From Candidatus Acidiferrales bacterium (GTDB lineage: Bacteria > Acidobacteriota > Terriglobia > Acidiferrales > UBA7541), in NCBI GenBank assembly GCA_963741195.1, contig CAVUHF010000010.1, forward strand, positions 181,436 to 245,435: a stretch of 64,000 nucleotides of DNA, written 5' to 3'. Positions within the stretch are counted from its first letter, which is position 1. Every line of letters begins with the position of its first letter. This document shows, in pieces, positions 16,281 through 27,184 of the stretch. The position numbers and the translations under genes were made by a program. Below the pieces are notes generated by a model. That model was given only the letters and a program-made list of their open reading frames with translations. It was not told where the DNA came from and did no database searches.

Positions 16281-18710
16281 CTATTCGTACCGCAGCGCTT
16301 CCAGCGGATCGATCTGGGTTGCCTTACGCGCTGGTACGTAACTCGCAACCACGGATACGGCGATCAGCAGCACAGGCACGCTCACAAATACCAACGGATC
16401 CGTCGCGGTCACCCCGTAAAGCATCCCGCCCAAAAGTCGCGTCACCTGGAAGGCCGCCGTCAGCCCGACAGCGGCGCCCATCAGCGAAGGTACCAGCCCG
16501 CGGCCGACCACCAGCCGGAGAATCTGCCATTGGTTCGCGCCCAGAGCCGTTCGCAGGCCAATCTCATGCGTACGCTGGCTCACGGAATAGGCCGTCAAGC
16601 CGTAGATTCCTACTGTCGCCAGCATCAAGGCCAAACCCGCAAAGACACTGATCATCAGCATCGACACGCGGCGCAGCATCAGCGAATCCGACAGCACCTT
16701 GTCCATCGTGCGCACATCAGAAATCGGCTGCTCGGCATCCAGCTTCAGAATCTCGCCTCTTACCGCAGCGGTCATCGCCGCCGGATCGCCCTGCGTGCGC
16801 ACCACCAGGCCCATGTCGGAATGAGGATCCTGCGTATACACCGCATAAATGGCGGGCTCTACTGCCGCGTCCAGCCCATATAGTTTCGCGTCGGTCACGA
16901 CTCCTACGATCTCCCACGGCGCACCTCCGGTCAGAATTTCTTGGCCGATTGGATTTTCACCTGCGAAATGGCGCCGTACCATGGCTTCATTCACGATGGC
17001 TACACGTTTCGAATCCAGCGTGTCGTGCTCGTCGAACCACCGGCCTTGCCGTAGAGCGATTCCCATGGTGTCGAAATACCCTGCCGTCACTGGGCGGTAG
17101 TCCGCCAACGGCTGCTCATTGTCGGGGATGGCAGCGCGCCCTTGAATCTGGAAACGCGTCACGCCAATGCGGAACGAAAGAATCGAGACGCGCAGCGGCA
17201 AGAACTGAACGGCACCCGCCGATCGCACGCCCGGCAGCACCTGCAAACGTTCCATGAGTGTCTTGAAGAATGTCATCCGCTGCTGCCGCGTTGGGTATTT
17301 CACTTCTGGCAGGCTAAGGTTCATCGTCAGAATATTCTCTGTTCTTAACCCCGGGTCAACGCTCATCACCCGCACGAAACTCCGCACCAACAATCCCGCG
17401 CTCACCGAGAGCAGCACGGCCACCGCCACTTCCGACGCCAGCAGCGTTCCACGAATCCGTTGCGACCCTCCCGCGCTATTTGAGCGGCCGCCCGCTTCCT
17501 TCAGCGTGGTGTTCAATTCCATGCGCGACGCCTTCAACGCCGGGGCCAGTCCGAACAGCAGGCACGTCGAGATGCACATCCCAAACGTGAACGCCAACAC
17601 CCGCCAATCGATGGTCATCTGTTTCATCGTCGGAAACATGTCCGGGATCACGCCGCGCAACAGGCGCACGCTGATCGCGGCCAGTATTAGCCCCAGCAAT
17701 CCGCCGGCCAACGCCAGCACCAGGCTCTCTGTCATTAACTGCCGCACGATGCGCAACCGACCTGCACCCATAGCCTCGCGGATGGCGATTTCCTTTTGTC
17801 GCGCAGCAGCACGGGCAAACAGGAGATTAGCCAGGTTGGCGCAAGCGATTAATAGCAGCAATCCCACTGCGCCCAAAAGCACCAGCAGCACTGGACGTAT
17901 CCGGCCGCTGTACATTTCCGCCATCGGAAACAGCCGCACTCCCCATCCCGAATTCGTTGTCGGATATTCTTGCTCCAGTCGCTGGGCGATCAGCACCATT
18001 TCCGCGCGCGCCTGTTCCACCGAAACACCCGGTTTTAGCCGCGCCACGATACCGTAATTGTGATTTCCTCGCTGGCTGTGGCTGGGGTCAACGGCTGTCG
18101 GCAGCCACAGGTCCGCGGCCACCATATCGCTTACTTCGTGTGGGACGACTCCGACAATCGTTCGCGGAACGCCGTTCACCGTCAGCGTTTGTCCCACTAC
18201 GGTTGGATCCGAGTGAAATTTTCGCTTCCACAGTCCCTGACTGATGATCACAGCGGGTGGGCCTCCGGGCCGATCCTCGTCTGGCAGAAAATTCCTCCCA
18301 ACGATTGGATTGAGGCCCAGCACTGGCAGAAATTCTTTCGAGCACATCGCCGCCAAAACACGCTCTGGCTCGCCCGACCCGCTGATATTCAATCCGTATT
18401 CTGGAATCGCAAACGCCGCGGACATATTCTCGAATGAGTGAGCTTGCTTCTTCCAATCCAGATAATCATCAGGGGAAACCGGCATCTGGTCGAAGCCAGA
18501 TTTCAGCAGCGTCTGCCAAATCATTACCACGCGGTCGGGTTCGGGTACGGGAAGCGGCTTCAGCAATACCGCATTCACCCCGGTGAAGATGGCGCTGTTA
18601 GGGCCAATGCCTAACGCCAGCGCAAATATGGCTACGGCGCTGAATCCCGGATTCCGGAGGAGCGACCGGAAACCATAGCGAAGGTCCTGCCAAAAGAACT
18701 GCACAAACAC
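16281..18710 (-). CDS. ADOP-type duplicated ABC/MacB permease (orphan)
   Basis: QDLRYGFRSLLRNPGFS, ALGIGPNSAIF, LLIACANLANLLFARAAARQKEIAIR, second half GIYGLTAYSVSQRTHEIGLRTALGA; ends DPLEALRYE. Confidence 0.92.
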   Translation of the reverse strand: MFVQFFWQDLRYGFRSLLRNPGFSAVAIFALALGIGPNSAIFTGVNAVLLKPLPVPEPDRVVMIWQTLLKSGFDQMPVSPDDYLDWKKQAHSFENMSAAFAIPEYGLNISGSGEPERVLAAMCSKEFLPVLGLNPIVGRNFLPDEDRPGGPPAVIISQGLWKRKFHSDPTVVGQTLTVNGVPRTIVGVVPHEVSDMVAADLWLPTAVDPSHSQRGNHNYGIVARLKPGVSVEQARAEMVLIAQRLEQEYPTTNSGWGVRLFPMAEMYSGRIRPVLLVLLGAVGLLLLIACANLANLLFARAAARQKEIAIREAMGAGRLRIVRQLMTESLVLALAGGLLGLILAAISVRLLRGVIPDMFPTMKQMTIDWRVLAFTFGMCISTCLLFGLAPALKASRMELNTTLKEAGGRSNSAGGSQRIRGTLLASEVAVAVLLSVSAGLLVRSFVRVMSVDPGLRTENILTMNLSLPEVKYPTRQQRMTFFKTLMERLQVLPGVRSAGAVQFLPLRVSILSFRIGVTRFQIQGRAAIPDNEQPLADYRPVTAGYFDTMGIALRQGRWFDEHDTLDSKRVAIVNEAMVRRHFAGENPIGQEILTGGAPWEIVGVVTDAKLYGLDAAVEPAIYAVYTQDPHSDMGLVVRTQGDPAAMTAAVRGEILKLDAEQPISDVRTMDKVLSDSLMLRRVSMLMISVFAGLALMLATVGIYGLTAYSVSQRTHEIGLRTALGANQWQILRLVVGRGLVPSLMGAAVGLTAAFQVTRLLGGMLYGVTATDPLVFVSVPVLLIAVSVVASYVPARKATQIDPLEALRYE

Positions 18711-18776
18711 TCCTTAGATATGTGCAGAGTAACATACCGCTTTGTCGAATTGTTTTCGCGAGAGGTAGGCACCCCT

Positions 18777-19145
18777 ATGAATGAGTTTTCCTTTCAACTG
18801 TGGCTCGAAGCGTACGGCCGCACTTGGGAAAACCGCGACCCTCAAGCCGCCGCCAAACTCTACGCAGACGGCGGCACTTATCAGCTCACGCCGTTTCTTG
18901 AACCGCTTCGCGGGAGCCAGGCTATTCTCGACTACTGGACGGAAGTGGCTACCACCGAAAAGGACATCTCCTTCGGTTTCGAAATCCTGGCGGTTACAGA
19001 ACAATTCGGAATCGCCCGGTGGCACGTTTCCTTCTTCCGGACGCCTCAGGGCCTCAACACCAAATTCGACGGAGTCTCGTTGATCAGTCTGAACGCGGAC
19101 AGCAAATGCGTTTCACTCCGCGAGTGGTGGCACAAGCAACAGTAG
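18777..19145 (+). CDS. NTF2/SnoaL-like fold protein
   Basis: WLEAYGRTWENRDP..AAKLYADGGTY...PF...LRG..AILDYW...CVSLREWW. Confidence 0.75.
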   Translation: MNEFSFQLWLEAYGRTWENRDPQAAAKLYADGGTYQLTPFLEPLRGSQAILDYWTEVATTEKDISFGFEILAVTEQFGIARWHVSFFRTPQGLNTKFDGVSLISLNADSKCVSLREWWHKQQ

Positions 19146-19149
19146 CGAC

Positions 19150-21972
19150 TTAGTCGCGGTCGCGCTTTCCTTGCGCCGCTTTCGTTGACGGCGAAGGAGG
19201 AAACACCGCGAACTTTGGCGCCGGCATCGGCACCGCACCCATTCGGTCTTCCCACAAAAACTTATTCAGCACCACCGTATCCACCGCGTCGGCATGCTTG
19301 AAATCCAGATTCCTGCCTTCTTTCCATTCTTTGGTATTGATCTGGTACAGCAGACCATTGTCGCGGTTCCGGAAGTCCGCGGTGAACGGCGCTTGCGTGC
19401 CCGGCCCGCTGAAAAGCGGCGCCATTACCGCCGCGCGGGAATCGTTCGCGTTCATCGGCGGCACGTCCAGCAGCGCCTCTATCGTGCGCACCATATTTAC
19501 GGTTGTATAGAAATGGTGTTCCACGAACGGAGCAGACTTCCCCACACCTCCTTTCCCTGACGGCGCGTACTTGCTAATCACCAGCGCCGTGCTGCGATGC
19601 GAATCGATGTGATCGGGTCCGTCCTGCGCGTCGTCCTCCAGAATCAAGATCGCCGTGTCATCCCAATACGGGCTGTGTGATATCGCGTCTACCACGCGTC
19701 CCACAGCCAGGTCGTTGTCCGCTACACTCGCAGCAGGCGCGGGCGACCCTTTTGTGCCCCCGAGCGTGTGATCGTTGGGCAGCCGCAAAAGAATGAACTG
19801 CGGCATCGTGTCCTTGCCCGCGTGACGCGACGCTAGAAATCCGTGGAATTCGTTCAGGAATTCGTCGGTGCGCAATTGATCCGGGTAGGAGACCTCAAAA
19901 TCCGGAAACGCTGGATCGAAGTGCCCGCGAAGCTCCACTTCTCCCGCAATATTTTTTGCCAGTACCGGAATGTCCCACGGATACGGGCTCGCGCTGCCGT
20001 GTGGCGCCCCTACATTCTTCTCCAGCGGCTCGCCCTTCTTGATCACCTTGCGAGCGCAAGCGACACCCGCAACCTTGGGCGGGCCGGTTACCGCTACTTT
20101 CGCATTCTGCGGCTCGTTGCACCACCTCGATACGATGAATTCTCCGTAATGCCGGTAGGTAATCCCGTGTTTTGAGAAATTCTTCCACAGATAACCTCCC
20201 GTGGGCTCTTCGGCATCCGGCAATTCATCCTCGACAGCGATCCCGTTCAAGAGTTGACCTTCCGAATCGTAGGTATGCTCGTGCCCACGATAGCCGATGG
20301 GCCAGGTCTTCTCCACATAATCGGAAATCGATGCTGACGTGGACCAAACGTGCCCGTCGCCCGAAACGTCACCACTATCATAGAAATTGTCCAGAATCCC
20401 GAACTGTCGCGCCAACTTGTGCTGGTTTGGCGTAATGTCTTGGCCATACATCGTGATGGATGGATCGCCATTCGCTTCGGCGATGTCGCCGAGAACCTGA
20501 TCGTACGTGCGATTCTCCTTAATGATGTAAATTACGTGCCGAATCTTGTTTTCGCCGCCCGCAAACGGGATTTTGTCCGTGTTCCCTTGCGAGGCATTCG
20601 TCGCCATCACCTGCTCTGTCCAGCTTGCCAACTTCGTTTTCAATTCGGCCAGCGGAATCCGGGCCAGCGAACCGTGGGTCATTGCCGGATTATAGGGATA
20701 TTCCGGCTGTCCGTCTTGCCCCAACTTCAGCAATTTTGGATTCGGTCCGGAGCCGCGGCCTTTCGCGCTGCCAATCAGCAAGTCATTCGCCGTAGCCGCA
20801 ACTACCGTGGGATACCACTCAGTTGGAATAAACCCCATCGCACGCAGTGGCGACTCCGCCGTAGGGTTGCTCACATCGAATACCGCAATAGAGTCCGAAA
20901 TCGCATTGGCGGAAAACAGTGTCTTCTCATCGGCGCTCAGCGACAGATATTCCGGATCGCTTCCCCCGTATCTCTGGCCTGGCAGTTTGGTGGAAAGCGT
21001 GTAACTCACTTTACCACTCTTCGTATCCAGGACTTCGATCTCGTCCCGATTCGTCAGCGCCACGAACAGCCGGGAATCATCGTGGCTCAGCAGCAGCGCG
21101 GTGGGATGCGAACCTCCCTCAAGCGGCACTGTCGGTTTGCGCAGGGGAATGATGCGACGCACACGCCCTAGAGCAAGATCAAGCTCCGCTACCGCCGAAG
21201 CATTCCACAAGGAAACGAATCCGTGCTTCCCGTCGCCGCTCATCACCGTCGCGTACGGCAGCGAACCAGGAATCCTCTTGAATGTAGAGAGGTCAAACCT
21301 CTGCACGATGTGGCCATCGGAGCAATTGAGCAGAATCGCCTCGTCCGAATTGTCACTCGCCACCAGGATGCGCTCCTCGCCCCCGCTCATTCCCAGACTC
21401 AGCCCCGCGGGATACGTCACGTCCGTGAATTCGTCGCGACGCACCTTACCTTGGGGCAATTTCACACGCGGCGGCAAAGCAAAGAAACGTTCCGGAGTCA
21501 CCGTGCCCTCTAGGAACGCGTATACCGCGATCCCGTTGCCGGTATTTCCCTCGTGCTTCCCGAGTGGATCGGTAAGCGACGCCATCGAGGCATACAGATG
21601 CTGTCCATCGCGGCCGAACGCTAATCCAAGAAAATACGATTGCTTTGCATCGCTGCCCAGCCGGTCATCTGGAAAATCCCGCAGCGCATTTGTCACCAGG
21701 TTCAGCACGGAGATCGATTGTTTTTCCCCAGAGCTATACGCCCCATAGCCGCTATGGAGCAGCACGGCGTACTTACCGTCGGGTGAAATCAACGCCGCCG
21801 TTGGGAAATTATTGGTCTCTCGCGGATTCCCAGGCACTTCGTCCAAGAATTTTGCGTTGGGCAACTGGGTCGGCGCGGTCGCGGAAGGGACTTTCTGGGC
21901 GAACAAAGAAATTGGCGGGGCAAATAGAATCAGTATGAGAATGGATCGGATCAGCCTGTGATAGCGGCGCAT
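19150..21972 (-). CDS. Secreted YVTN/YncE beta-propeller fused to phosphoesterase (alkaline phosphatase-like) domain
   Basis: Signal peptide, propeller repeats (HPTALLLS, IPTEWYP), HVIYIIKENRTYDQVLGD, LPNDHT, ILEDDAQDGPDHIDSHRS. Confidence 0.88.
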   Translation of the reverse strand: MRRYHRLIRSILILILFAPPISLFAQKVPSATAPTQLPNAKFLDEVPGNPRETNNFPTAALISPDGKYAVLLHSGYGAYSSGEKQSISVLNLVTNALRDFPDDRLGSDAKQSYFLGLAFGRDGQHLYASMASLTDPLGKHEGNTGNGIAVYAFLEGTVTPERFFALPPRVKLPQGKVRRDEFTDVTYPAGLSLGMSGGEERILVASDNSDEAILLNCSDGHIVQRFDLSTFKRIPGSLPYATVMSGDGKHGFVSLWNASAVAELDLALGRVRRIIPLRKPTVPLEGGSHPTALLLSHDDSRLFVALTNRDEIEVLDTKSGKVSYTLSTKLPGQRYGGSDPEYLSLSADEKTLFSANAISDSIAVFDVSNPTAESPLRAMGFIPTEWYPTVVAATANDLLIGSAKGRGSGPNPKLLKLGQDGQPEYPYNPAMTHGSLARIPLAELKTKLASWTEQVMATNASQGNTDKIPFAGGENKIRHVIYIIKENRTYDQVLGDIAEANGDPSITMYGQDITPNQHKLARQFGILDNFYDSGDVSGDGHVWSTSASISDYVEKTWPIGYRGHEHTYDSEGQLLNGIAVEDELPDAEEPTGGYLWKNFSKHGITYRHYGEFIVSRWCNEPQNAKVAVTGPPKVAGVACARKVIKKGEPLEKNVGAPHGSASPYPWDIPVLAKNIAGEVELRGHFDPAFPDFEVSYPDQLRTDEFLNEFHGFLASRHAGKDTMPQFILLRLPNDHTLGGTKGSPAPAASVADNDLAVGRVVDAISHSPYWDDTAILILEDDAQDGPDHIDSHRSTALVISKYAPSGKGGVGKSAPFVEHHFYTTVNMVRTIEALLDVPPMNANDSRAAVMAPLFSGPGTQAPFTADFRNRDNGLLYQINTKEWKEGRNLDFKHADAVDTVVLNKFLWEDRMGAVPMPAPKFAVFPPSPSTKAAQGKRDRD

Positions 21973-22035
21973 GGCCGCATTATAGGAGATTTTTTGCCTC
22001 CTGGCTGCGAACACCCCGCGCGCGGCGATTTTCCT

Positions 22036-22653
22036 TCACGTACCGGAGTAGCGCTGTTCTTTCCATGGGTCGCCGCACGCGTGGTATCCGTTGCGCTCCC
22101 AGAATCCCAATTCGTCATGGTCCAGCAGCGTGAACCCGCGCACCCATTTCACGCTCTTCCACGCATACAATTGCGGCACAATTAGCCGCAGCGGCCCACC
22201 ATGCTCAGAGGGGAGTGGCTCGCCATCGTGCTCAGATGCAAACAATACATCCGGCCGCTGCAGGTCGTTCAACGGTACATTTGCCGTGTAGCCCTCTTCC
22301 GCGAGCACCAGCACATAGCCGGCACCCTGCTTCAACTTCACGCGCTGCAACATTTCCGTGAACAGCACAACCTTCCACCGTTTATCCAGGCGGCTCCATC
22401 GTGTTACACAGTGAAGATCCGAAGTCACTTCCGATTGCGGCAACGCGCGAAATTCTTCCCACCTCAACCGCAGCGGCTCTTCCAGCAATCCGTTGATCTG
22501 GAAGTCCCAACGTGTCGGATTAACTCGCGGCACGCTTTCCGCATGCAACACCGGCCACTTGACGGTTAGCGACTGCCCGGGAGGCAGCCTTCCCGTAGCC
22601 CGCGCCTTCTTTTCCTTTTCTCGTCTTCCGCCGTCGTCGCCAAACAGTGGCAT
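22036..22653 (-). CDS. Sulfite oxidase-like molybdopterin oxidoreductase
   Basis: LPPGQ, DLHCVTRWS (Mo-ligand Cys), HGGPLRLIVPQLYAWKSVKWV, GFWERNGYH. Confidence 0.88.
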   Translation of the reverse strand: MPLFGDDGGRREKEKKARATGRLPPGQSLTVKWPVLHAESVPRVNPTRWDFQINGLLEEPLRLRWEEFRALPQSEVTSDLHCVTRWSRLDKRWKVVLFTEMLQRVKLKQGAGYVLVLAEEGYTANVPLNDLQRPDVLFASEHDGEPLPSEHGGPLRLIVPQLYAWKSVKWVRGFTLLDHDELGFWERNGYHACGDPWKEQRYSGT

Positions 22654-22691
22654 CTCCGGTTCTCTCCGCTCGATTATTGCTTTCAGCACTC

Positions 22692-23003
22692 TCAGCGGAT
22701 ATCCACTTCCAGTCCACCCACGAGCTTGGCCACCAGATTGTAGATGAGCGCGGAAATTGCCAGCACAATTCCGCCGAGCAGTCCGTACATGATCGGCATA
22801 ATTATGATTGCGCCAATTCCTCCCGCCACGCCAAACGCCGCGGACAGTCCGGGGGGCGCGTTCGGTCCCAAGCGCGCGGCAATACCGCCTGCCATCAGGG
22901 AAAACAGCGCTACCAGCACGCCGAGAACAAATCCCAGCAGCCCGTACAGCGCCAGTCCTACCTTGAATGCCGAACCCGGGGAAATTCTAGCAATGATTGC
23001 CAT
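22692..23003 (-). CDS. Small two-helix membrane protein (DUF3566-like)
   Basis: [14 protein letters not shown]..., two hydrophobic segments, [18 protein letters not shown]. Confidence 0.6.
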   Translation of the reverse strand: MAIIARISPGSAFKVGLALYGLLGFVLGVLVALFSLMAGGIAARLGPNAPPGLSAAFGVAGGIGAIIIMPIMYGLLGGIVLAISALIYNLVAKLVGGLEVDIR

Positions 23004-23089
23004 GGAGTTCCTCCTTGGGCGCACATGGTAACAGATGTACCGCTCGCTACCCCCACGAAATCTCCCGTATCGCGTGTTATCCTTTCCCC

Positions 23090-24028
23090 ATGCCCGCTCA
23101 AACGCTCGACGGCCTGAAAATTCGCGACGAAATTTTCATAGAACTCAAACAAGACATCGCACGCCTTCACGCCCAAGGAATTCGGCCCGGACTCGCAGCC
23201 GTCCTCATGGGCGAAAATCCCGCTTCGCATCTCTACGTCAAAAGCAAAATCGCCGCCTGCGAACAACTCGGCATGGCTCACTGGCTTCACGCGCCTCCCT
23301 CCGACGCTTCTACTGACTTCATGCTGCAGCTTGTCGCTGATCTGAACATCAACGACAATGTCGACGGCATCCTCATCCAACTTCCACTTCCCCCACAGAT
23401 CGATTCCAAGCGCGTGCTCGAAGCTGTCGATCCCGCTAAAGATGTCGACGGATTCCACCCTGTCAGCCTCGGCCGTCTGGTCACCAATCGTCCCGGACTT
23501 GTAGCCTGTACTCCCGCCGGGTGCATGGAGATTCTTCGTCGCTACCAGATTCCTATCGAAGGCACAAACGCCGTCGTACTCGGCCGCAGCGACATCGTCG
23601 GTAAGCCCATGGCGCTTTTGCTTATGCACGCAAACGCCACCGTCACCATTTGCCACTCCAAGACGCGCGAACTTCCGGAAATCGTTCGCCGCGCCAGCGT
23701 TCTCGTCGCTGCCATGGGTAAAGCGGGCTTCGTCCAGCCCGACTGGATCGGCCCCGGCACCGCGGTTATCGACGTCGGCACCAATAAAGTCACAGACCCA
23801 GCGGAAGCTGCACGCTTGCTGAAAAATTTCCTGCCGCGCCTGGAAAAATTCCGCCAAAAAGGTAGTGTCCTGATTGGCGATGTCCATCCTGACGCCCTTC
23901 ACACCGCGGGATTCCTCACTCCGGTCCCCGGCGGCGTCGGACCCATGACCATCACCATGTTGATGAGCAACACGGTGAAAGCCGCTCGCCTCCGCCGCGC
24001 ACCGAACGCCGCGGTCGCCAGGCAGTAA
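23090..24028 (+). CDS. folD: Methylene-THF dehydrogenase/cyclohydrolase
   Basis: [51 protein letters not shown]. Confidence 0.96.
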   Translation: MPAQTLDGLKIRDEIFIELKQDIARLHAQGIRPGLAAVLMGENPASHLYVKSKIAACEQLGMAHWLHAPPSDASTDFMLQLVADLNINDNVDGILIQLPLPPQIDSKRVLEAVDPAKDVDGFHPVSLGRLVTNRPGLVACTPAGCMEILRRYQIPIEGTNAVVLGRSDIVGKPMALLLMHANATVTICHSKTRELPEIVRRASVLVAAMGKAGFVQPDWIGPGTAVIDVGTNKVTDPAEAARLLKNFLPRLEKFRQKGSVLIGDVHPDALHTAGFLTPVPGGVGPMTITMLMSNTVKAARLRRAPNAAVARQ

Positions 24029-24087
24029 AAATCTTCCGGGTCTAGGCGTTTCAGACCGGGGCAACGCTACGGAGCATTTCACTAAAG

Positions 24088-24702
24088 ATGCTTAAACTCG
24101 GTATCACCGGCGGCATTGCCAGCGGCAAAAGCGCCGTCGCCTCCATGCTTCGAGGACTCGGCTTTCCCGTTCTCGACGCCGATTCGATCTCTCACAAACT
24201 AATGGAACCTGGACAGCCCGCTCACGAAGAAATCCTCCGCGAGTTCGGCGCCGACCTAGCCGACTTCACCGGCCGCATCGATCGCGCCAAGCTCGCCGCC
24301 GTGGTCTTCGCCGATACGGCGAAGCTCGCTCGCCTCAACGCCATCCTTCATCCCCGCGTCGAACAAGCCATGCTCCTCCAGTTCGACGCCTGGCAGCGCC
24401 GGGGCGCATGCAATGCCGTCTTTGTGGAAGCCGCACTGCTCGTCGAAGCCGGCTTTACCAAGTATCTCGACGGCCTCGTCGTCGCCTTCTGCACTCCTGC
24501 GCAGCAACTCGAACGACTTCTCGCCCGTGGCATGAACGAGGTCGAAGCAAGCCGCCGCATCGCCGCGCAACTTCCTCTCGAGGAAAAACTTCGCCACGCC
24601 ACCTACACCATCGACTGCTCCGGATCCCTCGACGTCACCCGCACGCAAGTTGAATCCCTCGCCGCCAAACTCCGCGAACAAGCATGGTCCTCCTCGTCGT
24701 AG
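24088..24702 (+). CDS. coaE: Dephospho-CoA kinase
   Basis: GITGGIASGKS, LDAD, IDRAKLAAVVF, LNAILHPRV, RIAAQLP. Confidence 0.95.
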   Translation: MLKLGITGGIASGKSAVASMLRGLGFPVLDADSISHKLMEPGQPAHEEILREFGADLADFTGRIDRAKLAAVVFADTAKLARLNAILHPRVEQAMLLQFDAWQRRGACNAVFVEAALLVEAGFTKYLDGLVVAFCTPAQQLERLLARGMNEVEASRRIAAQLPLEEKLRHATYTIDCSGSLDVTRTQVESLAAKLREQAWSSSS

Positions 24703-24745
24703 TTCCGGTACCGACTTCCTATCCCACGTATCCCACGATAGCGCT

Positions 24746-24774
24746 TTGACTTAGAACATGCGCGCACCTATGAT
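24746..24774 (+). promoter_or_regulatory. sigma70 promoter of the kinase gene
   Basis: TTGACT(24746-24751)-17 nt-TATGAT(24769-24774); tandem TATCCCACG x2 at 24720-24737 just upstream. Confidence 0.55.
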
Positions 24775-24809
24775 TCGCGTCATAGGGTAAGTGGGAAGGA
24801 GTTCTTCCC

Positions 24810-25283
24810 ATGGCGGACCAGGCCGAATCCTTATATTCCCTCATCGGGCTCGAGTTCTCCCACTACCGCATCATCGAGGAAATCGGCAGCGGCGGCATGG
24901 GTGTGGTTTTCCGTGCCCACGATAATCACCTGGATCGCGAAGTTGCCATCAAGATACTTCATCCCGGCACCATCGCCGGTGAAACCTCTCGCAGACATGT
25001 CCGCAAAGAAGCACACGCACTCTCCAAACTGAATCATCCGAACATTGCCACGATTTATGATTTCGATTCAAAGGACGGGATCGATTTCCTGGTGATGGAG
25101 TACATCCCTGGGGTCGCACTCAATCACAAATTGGCTGCCAGCTCTTTCGCGGAGAAGGAAGTTCTTCACCTCGGCTGCAACTGGCCGAAGGTTTGGCTGC
25201 CGCTCACGAACACGGCGTGGTTCATCGCGACCTGAAACCCGGGAATCTCCGAATCAGCAGCGATCACCGATTGAAGATCCTGG
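24810..25283 (+). pseudogene. Truncated, frameshifted Ser/Thr (Hanks) protein kinase
   Basis: IGSGGMGVVF, VAIK, HPNI, FLVMEY. After a 1-nt loss near 25178 the frame reads [28 protein letters not shown] and stops where DFG should begin. Confidence 0.85.
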
Positions 25284-25300
25284 CCCGGTCACCCTTGGCT

Positions 25301-25929
25301 GTGAGGTGCCGGAACTGGCACGGCATACTTTTCGCATTTTCTTGCTCGATCACTCCGACTTTCACCGCTTGATTCTCCCCTGTAACCCCCGCGAAACCAG
25401 CAGACAAGCCAAAAAAAGGTAATCACCAAACGACGACATCAAAAGTTCTCCCTTCACCAGTTTCGGTGGACTCTTCTATACCAGCGCCGGATCTATCAAC
25501 GACTGCGACGCGAACTGTTTTGATCAGGTGCGCGTGTTCGCGCAGTTGGATGTAGGCAAAAATCCCAACTGGCGGCGTGAGGTGCTCGAGCAACTCGATG
25601 TGGTGCGGTCAGACAGCGAGTGGCAGGCCTACCTCCACGAACTCTACGACGCTCACCGCAACATCTGCCAGTTAACCTTCGACAAAAACGACGAGCTGTG
25701 CCGGTCCGGAAACACCCGCAACCTGGGCCCGCAGGACATTGTCATCAATGAAAAATACGATTTGAAGATGAAGTCTGCGGAAGTCGATTTGACCGCCGCG
25801 GTCGCGCGCCAGTCCTCGTTACAAAGAAAATTCGCCGACAAACCCTTTGCCACCTCCTTTGCTATGGTCCAGGCAATGCGCATGCAGGGTGGCTTTTGCT
25901 CGCAGGCGCGCGTGATCTACCTCCAGTAG
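25301..25929 (+). pseudogene. Disrupted secreted hypothetical protein (KKVITNDDI-type)
   Basis: GTG 25301 begins a signal-like segment; TGA at 25370-72; removing extra A residues in two A-runs (25411-25430) restores KPKKVITNDDI; the frame then runs to 25929. Confidence 0.55.
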
Positions 25930-26017
25930 CGAGCGATTGCAGGATTCCTCCTTTGCTCCTCCCTTGTATTCCGCGTAAAGTGGTTTTACCGTTTCCCGTA
26001 AACTTTTCGGAGAACGC

Positions 26018-27172
26018 ATGAACCCTATGTACATCGTCGCCACCATTTTCGCCTTGCTATTGATCGGACTGGTTGTGTGGGTCCTGGTCCAGAACACCCA
26101 GGACCAGCAGAACAACGCCGCCCTCGAATCGCAGATGCACGAGCTGCGCCGCGACCTTCTAGGCCTTTCGACCGCACAAACGCAAAGCTCCACCAAGATG
26201 GAAACCATCGCGGAAACCGTCGCCTCTCGCCTGGAATCCATGACCACAGCTCTCAAAGATGGTGTGAAAGATTCCGCCGAGGTCACTTCCAAAATCACCT
26301 CGGAAGCGCAGTCCGCCATGTCCACGGAATTGAAGAACACGCGCGAACAGATCGGCCAAATTCAAAAGCAGCTTGGTGAAGTGCAGCAGGCCGGCGAGCA
26401 GATGCACAAGACCGCGCAATCACTGGAAAACATTCTCGGCGGCACCAAGTCCCGCGGCAATTTTGGGGAAACCACGCTGGAACGCATGCTGGAGGATTCA
26501 CTTCCTCGCTCACAATACACTCTGCAATATCGCTTTCGCAGCGGAGAAGCCGCCGATTCCGTGATTCACCTTCGCGACAAGAAGATCATGGCCATCGATT
26601 CCAAATTTCCGCTCGACGCCTATCTTCGCCTCACAGAAGAGGGCGAGGAAGCCCGAAAAACGTTTGCCTCCGCTGTGAAAACTCACGCGGATTCCGTCGC
26701 CAAGAAATATATCGTTCCCGACGAAAACACTCTCGATGTCGCGTTGATGTTTGTCCCCAGCGAAGCGGTCTACTACGAATTATTGAAGAGCACGGATGGC
26801 AAGGGCATGGCCGTCGATGCCTATTGCCGTAGCCGCAACATCCTCGCCGTCTCGCCCAATACCCTTTACGCACATCTCTCTGTCATCGCTATGGGCCTGC
26901 GCGGCATGCAGATCGAGGAAAATGCTAAGCGCCTCTCTGACAATCTTTCCGGCATGCGCAAACAGCTCGATACCTTCAGCGAATATTTCGAGAAAATCGG
27001 CACGCACCTGAAGAACGCCCAGCAGAGCTATACCGAAGCCGACAAGCGCTTTGATAAGGCATCAAACACTCTGGACAACATCCTCACTTCCAGCGAGTCT
27101 GCGCAGCCGTTACTCGACGACGCACCGAGTACGCTTGCGCTCCCGCCTTCCGCGGCGAAAAAAACGGCCTGA
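26018..27172 (+). CDS. rmuC: DNA recombination protein RmuC
   Basis: N-terminal TM, coiled coil, RGNFGE..LE, AIDSKFPL, LMFVPSEAVY, VSPNTL. Confidence 0.92.
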   Translation: MNPMYIVATIFALLLIGLVVWVLVQNTQDQQNNAALESQMHELRRDLLGLSTAQTQSSTKMETIAETVASRLESMTTALKDGVKDSAEVTSKITSEAQSAMSTELKNTREQIGQIQKQLGEVQQAGEQMHKTAQSLENILGGTKSRGNFGETTLERMLEDSLPRSQYTLQYRFRSGEAADSVIHLRDKKIMAIDSKFPLDAYLRLTEEGEEARKTFASAVKTHADSVAKKYIVPDENTLDVALMFVPSEAVYYELLKSTDGKGMAVDAYCRSRNILAVSPNTLYAHLSVIAMGLRGMQIEENAKRLSDNLSGMRKQLDTFSEYFEKIGTHLKNAQQSYTEADKRFDKASNTLDNILTSSESAQPLLDDAPSTLALPPSAAKKTA

Positions 27173-27184
27173 TTCCCTTTTTGT

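Noticed and set aside
25306-25335. sigma54 promoter at TGGCACG (25316)
   Set aside because: No GC at the -12 position (TT instead); it lies within a coding remnant and is half of the palindrome GTGCC-N6-GGCAC.
25370-25372. Selenocysteine TGA
   Set aside because: It falls in a signal-peptide region of a gene with other lesions; no SECIS-like hairpin or redox motif.
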